Shown here piece by piece: positions 48,130 to 57,145 of a stretch of DNA of 57,145 bases; position 1 is the stretch's first letter, and the number at the start of each line of letters is the position of its first letter. Origin of the DNA: Macrostomum lignano. Lineage: Eukaryota. Made by a program: the position numbers and the translations under genes. A model generated the notes under the pieces. That model searched no databases. It was not told where the DNA came from and saw only the letters and a list, made by a program, of their open reading frames with translations. The stretch lies in contig NIVC01002926.1 of NCBI GenBank assembly GCA_002269645.1, positions 1-57,145 on the forward strand, written 5' to 3'.

Positions 48130-50037
48130 GTCTGTATTTGAATCTATCGCTACAGTCTGTATTTGAATCGGTCTCTACCTGGTAAGTCTGTATTTGAACC
48201 TATCGCTACAGTCTGTATTTGAATCGGTCTCTAAGTCTGTATTTGAATCTGTCTCTAAGTCTGTATTTGAATCTATCGCTACAGTCTTTATTTGAATCGG
48301 TCTCTAAGTCTGTATTTGAATCTGTCTGTAAGACTGTATTTGAATCTGTCTCTAAGTCTGTATTTGAATCTGTCTCTAAGTCTGTATTTGAATCTGTCTC
48401 TAAGTCTGTATTTGAATCTATCGCTACAGTCTGTATTTGAATCTGTCTCTAAGTCTGTATTTGAATCTATCGCTACAGTCTGTATTTGAATCGGTTTCTA
48501 AGTCTGTATTTGAATCGGTCTCTAAGTCTGTATTTGAATCTGTCTGTAAGACTGTATTTGAATCTGTCTCTAAGTCTGTATTTGAATCTGTCTCTAAGTC
48601 TGTATTTGAATCTGTCTCTAAGTCTGTATTTGAATCTATCGCTACAGTCTGTATTTGAATCGGTTTCTAAGTCTGTATTTGAATCTGTCTCTAAGTCTGT
48701 ATTTGAATCTATCGCTACAGTTTGTATTTGAATCAGTATCTAAGTCTGTATTTGAATATATCGCTACAGTCTGTATTTGAATCAGTATCTAAGTCTGTAT
48801 TTGAATCTGTCTGTAAGTCTGTATTTGAATCTGTCTGTAAGTCTGTATTTGAATCTGTCTCTAAGTCTGTATTTGAATCTGTCTGTAAGTCTGTATTTGA
48901 ATCTGTCTCTAAGTCTGTATTTGAATCTATCGCTACAGTTTGTATTTGAATCAGTATCTAAGTCTGTATTTGAATCTATCGCTACAGTCTGTATTTGAAT
49001 CAGTATCTAAGTCTGTATTTGAATCTATCGCTACAGTCTGTATTTGAATCTATCGCTACAGTCTGTATTTGAATCGGTCTCTAAGTCTGTATTTGAGTCT
49101 ATCGCTACAGTCTGTATTTGAATCTGTCCTCTAAATCTGTATTTGAATCTGTCTCTAAGTCTGTATTTGAATCTATCGCTACAGTCTGTATTTGAATCTG
49201 TCTCTAAGTCTGTATTTGAATCTATCGCTACAGTCTGTATTTGAATCGGTATCTAAGTCTGTATTTGAGTCTATCGCTACAGTCTGTATTTGAATCTGTC
49301 CTCAAAATCTGTATTTGAATCTGTCTGTAAGTCTGTATTTGAATCGGTCTCTAAGTCTGTATTTGAATCGGTCTCTAAGTCTGTATTTGAATCGGTCTCT
49401 AAGTCTGTATTTGAATCTGTCTCTAAGTCTGTATTTGAATCGGTCTCTAAGTCTGTATTTGAATCTGTCGCTACAGTCTGTATTTGAATCTGTCGCTACA
49501 GTCTGTATTTGAATCTGTCGCTACAGTCTGTATTTGAATCGGTCTCTAAGTCTGTATTTGAGTCTATCGCTACAGTCTGTATTTGAATCTGTCCTCTAAA
49601 TCTGTATTTGAATCTGTCTGTAAGTCTGTATTTGAATCGGTCTCTCTAAGTCTGTATTTGAATCTGTCTCTAAGTCTGTATTTGAATCTATCGCTACAGT
49701 CTGTATTTGAATCTGTCTCTAAGTCTGTATTTGAATCTATCGCTACAGTCTGTATTTGAATCTATCGCTACAGTCTGTATTTGAATCGGTATCTAAGTCT
49801 GTATTTGAGTCTATCGCTACAGTCTGTATTTGAATCTGTCCTCAAAATCTGTATTTGAATCTGTCTGTAAGTCTGTATTTGAATCGGTCTCTAAGTCTGT
49901 ATTTGAATCGGTCTCTAAGTCTGTATTTGAATCGGTCTCTAAGTCTGTATTTGAATCTGTCGCTACAGTCTGTATTTGAATCTGTCGCTACAGTCTGTAT
50001 TTGAATCTGTCGCTACAGTCTGTATTTGAATCGGTCT
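48130..50037. repeat. Composite 24/25-bp minisatellite with core AGTCTGTATTTGAATC
   Basis: Read directly. Confidence 0.96.
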
Positions 50038-50434
50038 AGAGACTTGGAGACTGATTAAAAAAGACTCTAAACTAGGAGGGCAAAATTATTTCGCTAATTG
50101 GCTCTTCTGTGCACTAGAAGTTTTGAAGCGAAAATATTGCTACTACGATTGCAAGTTGTGCCTCAATTCTCTCCCGGGGGGATTTTCGGTTCTGCATTCT
50201 GTGCGACTTTTTGGACTGACGAACTGAAGCAAGTTGGGTCGGTTTAGGGGTGGGGGAGTTTGTGGGAGACAGAAAAACAAGGAAAGTTCTGAAGGGGCAG
50301 GACAAACAGAAAGAATCCGATTGAAAAGTAGTACGCAGTACTAGAAATTAGAATAGCGTTGTTTATAATGAACGTTTTTGAGCTGAAGGAATAAATATGA
50401 GGGATAGAGAGAGTGGGGAGAGTGTTGAGAAAGA

Positions 50435-51015
50435 GGACAGCGGAGAGGAGGAGGAGACAGCGGATAGAGGAGGAGACAGCGGATAGAGGAGGAGACAGCG
50501 GATAGAGGAGGAGACAGCGGATAGAGGAGGAGACAGCGGATAGAGGAGGAGACAGCGGATAGAGGAGGAGACAGCGGATAGAGGAGGAGACAGCGGATAG
50601 AGGAGGAGACAGCGGATAGAGGAGGAGACAGCGGATAGAGGAGGAGACAGCGGATAGAGGAGGAGACAGCGGATAGAGGAGGAGACAGCGGATAGAGGAG
50701 GAGACAGCGGATAGAGGAGGAGACAGCGGATAGAGGAGGAGACAGTGGAGAGGAGGAGAGAGCGAAGAAGAGGAGACAGCGGATAGAGAAGGAGACAGCG
50801 GATAGAGAAGGAGACAGCGGATAGAGGAGACAGCGGAGGAGGAGACAGCGGAGAAGAAGAGGGACAGCGGATAGAGAAGGAGACAGCGGATAAAGGAGAC
50901 AGCGAAGGAGGAGACAGCGGAGAAGAAGAGGGGACAGCGGATAGAGGAGGGAGAAGAAGAGGAGAAAGCGGAGAAGAAGAGGAGACAGCGGATAGAGGAG
51001 GAGACAGCGGATAAA
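50435..51015. repeat. 19-bp purine-rich minisatellite AGAGGAGGAGACAGCGGAT
   Basis: Read directly. Confidence 0.95.
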
Positions 51016-51507
51016 GAGGGAGACTGTTGTGTAGATAATATTAATGCAATACTTGTGGTTATTAGAAATAGCTAACCCTTTTGCTTCGAAACGAAAGCGC
51101 ACGCGATGCGCTACTAAGAGTAGGCTACTTACCATTTTTGAACCATATGATCATAGGCTGTAGTGTCAGTTTTCGACTGTAAAACGTCGATCTGAATTTA
51201 TTTTATGTCCATCTGTCAGGGAGTTAAAAGTTAAAGAACAAAAAAAGCATAAAAGATATCTCTATTTTGTCTGGGAGGACACGATTACACAAAAATACAC
51301 TAAATTACAATTATCAATTAACTCTTATAAATATCTCGTAAGCTCTAAAGTTACTCTTCAGATTTTTATACTTAGCCAGTTAAAACCATTGTATCGGTTA
51401 CTCGGCTAATGTGCTTCCGTATAAAAAGATAGAATAAACTATAGCAGTTAGCTCTTTAGACAGACCGTGATAGTTTTCACTGTGGTCAAGCTCTGATTCA
51501 GCTGGCA

Positions 51508-53365
51508 TCAGCGCCGGTCCATCGTGACTTGATAGTCGCCGGGAAATACGAAAGCCCCAATTGATCCAGCGAGGATCTCCTCTTTGCGGGCGGCGAACTC
51601 CGGCTCTGGCCGCACCCGGTACCGCTGCATGATGGCCGTGAAGAACAGGAAAATCTCCATTCGCGCCAGAGACTCGCCAACGCAAGAACGCCGACCAATC
51701 AGGAACGGGATGAGGTACGGACTGCTCCGGTAGCGACCTTCGTCGTCGAGAAAGTGCTCAGGGTAGAACTCGTTCGGTCTCTCCCAGTACTCGGCTCGGT
51801 GGTGGACGCCGTAAACCAGTGGGATGATGATCGCATCGCTCGGGATCCGGTAGCCGTGGAAGGTTGCGTCTTCCACTGAGCGATGGAAAACTCCAGTACC
51901 GACCAGCGAGGCCTTTCTGTAGGTCTCGTCGATGACAGCGCTGGTGTAGTGCAGTTCTGTCCTGTCCTGCATGCGTGGACGCCTCGATTGACCGACGACG
52001 GAGTCGAGCTCGTTCTGGACTCGGTCCTGCACCTCCGGATAGAAGGCCATGTAGAGCAGCAGCCACTCCATCGATCGGGCGGTCGTGTCAGTGCCGGCCA
52101 GGAAGAACTCCATGGTCACTCGGATGATTTGGTGCTCTTTGAACGTCTCAAAGTCGCCAGCCGTCTCAGCTTGGCGCTTCTCCTGAAATTAGTTGCAAAG
52201 CCGAGCAATATGGGGTGACATGATGACACGCGCTTGAGTAAACAACCGAATACCTGGCTGTTTTTTTGTCTTCTTCTTTACAAAATGACCACGAAAACTT
52301 CTGTAGCAATCCAAAGTAACTGGTTAGGTCTCTCTATTGTGCTAAGTATTGTGAGAGGGCAAAACGTGTCATCAAAGTCTGTGTGTCTTTGAGAATTCCA
52401 AAAAAGCATTAGTAGTGATATATAAGCTCTGTTTCGGGAGAATCTCGCTGCAGGAAAACTTTATCGATTGATAGCGTTAGATCGAGATGTTATTAGCTCA
52501 CCTTAATGTAGGCATCGCAGAGGCACTGCGGCTCAACGCTCTCATCTTTCATCACCGCTTCGCGTTTGCGAATCTGGCCCCGAATCATGTCGTGCAGGCG
52601 CTCGGTGTCGCTAACAAGACTGCTCGAGGCCGGCACGAGGTCAGCCAGCCGTTCCATAGCTGGGAACAGGAACTCCACACCTTGAATGATGCCATCTTCT
52701 ATCAGCTTCTTGACAATGGCGTTCACCAGCTTCATAGCTGGATCGTCGGCTTCGAACTTCTGTCCAAGCGTCATCTCCGCGACGATGGCGTTTGAAGCCA
52801 GTAGGAAGGTTTCTAGCAGCTGGACTGGCTCGTACAGAGCGGCGATCTCGTCAAAGCCGTTGAACATGCTATCGAGCTGTTCGTCTACCATCTCCACCGT
52901 CCGCTTTCTAGCGAAGCCGAAGTCGCGTAGAGTGCGCAGACTTAAGCGTCGCTGCTGATTCCAGACGTCGCCCTCCGTGAAGATGATGCCGCAGCCGCGG
53001 GTCAGCTTCTTGAATAGGCGGAGCTGCGGCCTGCCGGAGAACATCTGACTGTCCAGCATCTCCTTCATCAGCGGGTACGAGTTCACTACAATAACCAGTC
53101 GCGAGCCAAGGTAAAACGAACTGATGTCGCCGTACTGTTGACAGATCTTCATCATGCTTCGGTGCATCTGGTTGCGACTTATCCATGGCAACCGTCCTAG
53201 CACGGGCAGGCCTACGGGTCCGGGCGGCAGGTCGCGACCCTGTCGCCAAGAGTACAGCATGTACGCCGCGGCAAGTCCCGCGGCCGCTGGTGCAGCTACC
53301 GTATAGAAATTATCCCCTAGGAGGCTGGCTAAGGATTTCGGTAGCATTTCTATGACTCCTTCCAT
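51508..53365 (-). CDS. Cytochrome P450, CYP2 clan, copy 2 (2 exons, ~512 aa)
   Basis: Exons 53365-52502 and 52182-51508. Same motifs and same intron position as copy 1. Confidence 0.93.
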
Positions 53366-54019
53366 CTGTAGCTGAGTTTTAGATTCGTGACAGTTGGCAA
53401 AGTTTCTTTGGTTTTCTTATGACTTTTAGAGAATTTTATATCTGCATTTTATATTGCATAAACAATTGACGAATGTACAACGTACCACAAACTTATGCAG
53501 CGCTGTGTGTGCACAGGTTTCTTGGGGGGGGGGGGGGTTGAGATTTTACGTAATGTACGCAGCTACATATACCTTGGAGATGCTGAGAGATTGTGGAGCG
53601 CTCAAATACACTGCATGGTCCGAGGCCTGTACTCGAGTACGCTGCTCCGACCTTGAGCTGGTCCCGAGAGGCTTAAAACGACCCCCAAAGGTAATAGTTT
53701 GTAAGGCTAGAGTACAAACAGAGGGCACGCTGGGATTCTTCAAGGCCATTCAATGATTTTAGTTTAACCCCCATCTTTTCGCGTGCAGCTGTTCGATCAG
53801 TTCGCTTAGATTAGTGTCACTTCTAAGTACAGTATGCACTAATAAACTACAAGACACAATGGGTCTGCAAAATGTTTTCAACAAAATTTTCTGAAGAAAC
53901 AAAGCATCTGCTTTAATAGTCCACTGACCTTGCAGTGTAACAAGCTCTCCAAAGAAGCTTCACAAAAATTGTTGCTAAGATTCTGCTTCATGAAACTTTC
54001 AACCAGATGACTAGAATGA

Positions 54020-54280
54020 CCGAGACATCCCATTCTTAGAAACGCAGAGACAGACATCCCATTCCTAGAAACGCCGAGACATCCATTCCTAGAAACACCA
54101 AGACTTCCCATTCCTAGAAACGCCAAAGCTTCCCATTTCTAGAAACGCCGAGACATCCAAATCCTAGAAACACCAAGACTTCCCATTTCTAGAAACGCAG
54201 AGGCATCCCATTCCTAGAAACGCCGCGCACGAGATATCCCATTCTTAGAAACGCCTGGAGACATCCCGTTCCTAGAAACG
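54020..54280. repeat. ~25-bp minisatellite CCCATTCCTAGAAACGCCGAGACAT
   Basis: Read directly. Confidence 0.9.
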
Positions 54281-54931
54281 TTATCGATTGGCAACAGCTT
54301 AATCCGTAGCTGCACTTCAAGTTTGATTCTGGCGTTAAACTTTACATTACTTGGATGGCCTCTTATTCTCAAGATAATTTGTATAGCTTTACATTACGTA
54401 TTAGTTAATTTTTTACTCCTATTTTTAGAAACATAAAAAATACACTGATATTCGGCAACCCAACATTAAATTTAGTTTTCTCTAAATGTTGTATTGCATA
54501 GCTACTTGCTGAGTAGCATATCAAGCGCTTATTTCTCTATTATAGAAGGGAGTGTAAAATTGCATAGATTTAAAAAAGTAGAAAAAATACCAATGTAGCT
54601 ACTAAGCTAACAAGTAGTACTGTCGAGTCACGGCTTACGCATTGCTAAATTTCAAAACTGGAAGAGAACACAGCTTATAATTATTATTTAAGCATAAATC
54701 GCAGTTTGCTTCCAGCGCTATTATTTATCTGCTAATAACTACAAAAGAAGAAAGCGTTGAGCCATCCGAAATACTTCAAGTACTACATCCTGACAAAATC
54801 AATGGAGTCAATCTTTCGCTTATACACGGTTTAGGCTGTTGAAATAAATATAAGCTATGATATCAAAGCTGAATTTTCTCTTAAAAACATGCTTAGAATG
54901 TCGCTGGCAAAAGCTGTCCAAAACCAAAGCC

Positions 54932-56551
54932 TTACCGTAGACTTATTATGAGTCGATTTTCACCAGGAATTCTCACCGCTCCGAGCTGACCGGTGAGGAT
55001 CTCCTCTCTGCGGGCCGCGCACTCCGGCTCGGCCGCACCCGTACCGCTGCATGATGGCCGTGAAGAACAGGAAAATCTCCATTCGCGCCAGAGACTCGCC
55101 GGGCAGGCGCGCCGACCAATCAGGAACGGGATGAGGTACGGACTGCTCCGGTAGCGACCTTCGTCGTCGAGAAAGTGCTCAGGGTAGAACTCGTTCGGTC
55201 TCTCCCAGTACTCGGCTCGGTGGTGGACGCCGTACACCAGCGGAAGGATCACAGCATCGCTGGGGATCCGGTAGCCGTGGAAGTTCGTGTCCTCTACGGC
55301 TCGGTGGAACAGACCACAGGCTACCAGCGAAGCTTTTCTGTAGGTCTCGTCGATGACAGCGCTGGTGTAGTGCAGTTCTGTCCTGTCCTGCATCCGTGGA
55401 CGCCTCGACTGACCGATTACGGAGTCGAGCTCGTTCTGGACTCGGTCCTGCACCTCCGGATAGAAGGCCATGTAGAGCAGCAGCCACTCCATCGATCGGG
55501 CAGTCGTGTCAGTGCCGGCCAGGAAGAACTCGAAGCACACTCGGATGAGCTGGAACTCCTTGAACGTCTCAAAGTCGCCAGCCTTCTCGGCTTTTCGTTT
55601 CTCCTGGAAGCGATTAGAAAGTTTTTTGAAGTTGCCTCAATTATAGCATTCTGCTGGACTTTAATTCTAATAATTTATATGTCATAGCTTACTAGCAGGT
55701 ACGTATCGCACAGGCATCGCGGTTGAGCTCCCTCCGTCTCCATGATCTTCTGGCGTTTACGGACTTCCTCTTGGATGAAGTTGTGCACGAAATCTGCTTT
55801 GACAATTCTCGCATCGGTCATTGGCAGCACGGAGACGAGCAGTTCAACCGCTTTGTATAGAAATGGGGCACTTTGAAACAGGCGAAGTTGAATCAGGTCG
55901 TTGATGTTGGAGTTCACCTTTTGAAAGTGCGGATCATTCCTATCGAACCTTTTGCCGAGCGTCATCTCGGTGATGACAGAGTTCGAAGCCAGCAGAAGCT
56001 ATTCACCACTTTAGCGCCCGCGCAAGACGAGGAAAATCTGTCGAAGCACTCGAAGATGATGTCCAGCTGGTCGTCGATCATATCGATCGTTTTCAGGCGC
56101 GCGAAGCCGGAGTCGGCGAAGCGATTTGAGACTCAACCGACGGTGCCGGCTCCACTGCTCGCCTTCTTTGATGAGGATTCCGCAGTCGCGCGTAACTCGT
56201 CGCATAAATGACATCTGCGGTCGTCCGGCGAACGTTTGTCGTCCAGCATCTCCTTCATAAGCGGGTAGGAGTTCACGATGACGAATAGTCGCGAGCCAAG
56301 GTAAAACGAACAGATGTCGCCGTATCTTTCGCACTCCTTCGCCATAGTCAGGTGGATGTTGTCCATGTCAGACCAAGGCACTCGGCCGAGCACTGGGACA
56401 CCGACGGGGCCAGGGGGGAGGTCGCGGTTTCGAACCAGCGGTTCAATAGATAGACCCCAGCAGCGGCGGCTGCAGGAACAGCTGTCAGAAAAAGCCATTT
56501 TTTGTCATTCTCAAGGTTCAACAAGCTCGTCAATAGCGATCTAGTAGACAA
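54932..56551 (-). pseudogene. Cytochrome P450, CYP2 clan, copy 3; about 7 single-base indels (pseudogene or sequence error)
   Basis: Exons 56551-55693 and 55603-54932. All P450 motifs are recoverable after 1-bp corrections at ~56435, 56238, 56118, 56000, 55100, 55040 and 55030. I saw no nonsense codons. Confidence 0.8.
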
Positions 56552-57145
56552 TGGGCCTGGCAGAAGCCCGCTTAGTGACGCATTTTGGCTTGTGGCTTGT
56601 GCAAAGAGCAGCTATATAGAAACTGAATGCTAGTAGCATAATTTCAGCCCCTTTTATGCTCGCGCAACCCAGGTTATTTTCCATTCTTCTTTTTTCGATT
56701 GTCCGAGCTTCTTCCAGTTGTAGCCCTCTAAAATTTTAGAGGGTAAATCTAAAAATTAGCTGCATTGTACTTCTGCCACACCTAAAACAGGTTTTCAAGC
56801 CTCTTTTTCTATCGCAGCTTGCTAGACAACCTCCTCGGTTCTTACATAGGTATAAAGCGCTCAGCGACTAGAGAAGAGTTTCGTCATTTTGTGTTACTCA
56901 CCTCACTCAGAGTTGAAATTATGAGACAACACAGGTCTGGCTACGAATTTGAGAACCTGCAAAGCACTATTTATCAGTTTGTGTTCTCTTAAAGATTTCT
57001 TGCAGGGACTTGCTTTTTAGAAATATAGAATCTAGAAGGAAACCCTGAAAATTGCTGGCGCGGCCTTCGGCAGCTCTGAGGCAATTCTGCTCATTCCGGT
57101 GACTCCTGAGCACAAACAAGGGCGCCGATACTGTATGCAGGCACG

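Noticed and set aside
41676-56211. Plus-strand and alternate-frame ORFs overlapping the CYP exons
   Set aside because: They are shadows of GC-rich coding sequence; their recurrence only reflects exon 2 similarity.

Overview
This is eukaryotic (invertebrate animal) genomic DNA. The repeat-stuffed introns and GC-rich exons resemble macrostomid flatworms, but the host cannot be confirmed from the sequence alone. (1) Positions 1 to ~10,906 are the right-hand part of an endogenous Polinton/Maverick (adintovirus-type) element. It carries a packaging ATPase, an adenain-like protease, a protein-primed PolB with an EndoVII/HNH-like insertion, an adenovirus pX-like protein, an rve integrase, a parvovirus-like PLA2 and several unknown ORFs, and it ends in a probable AGTAG terminus. 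No capsid genes are visible in the window; they would have to lie to the left. Almost every frameshift I could place is a single-base indel in a homopolymer run, so the element may really be intact. (2) A 5-exon OTUD5 deubiquitinase gene starts ~0.4-0.7 kb from the element end. (3) A 6-exon gene for an uncharacterised C-terminal SOCS-box protein lies at 23.8-39.0 kb. (4) Three tandem two-exon CYP2-clan P450 genes lie on the minus strand. Their second exons are nearly identical except at substrate-recognition sites. (5) A hAT-type MITE and >20 distinct mini/microsatellite arrays account for most of the long low-complexity ORFs in the track. All alignments, counts and frame reconstructions were done by eye; no database searches were run.
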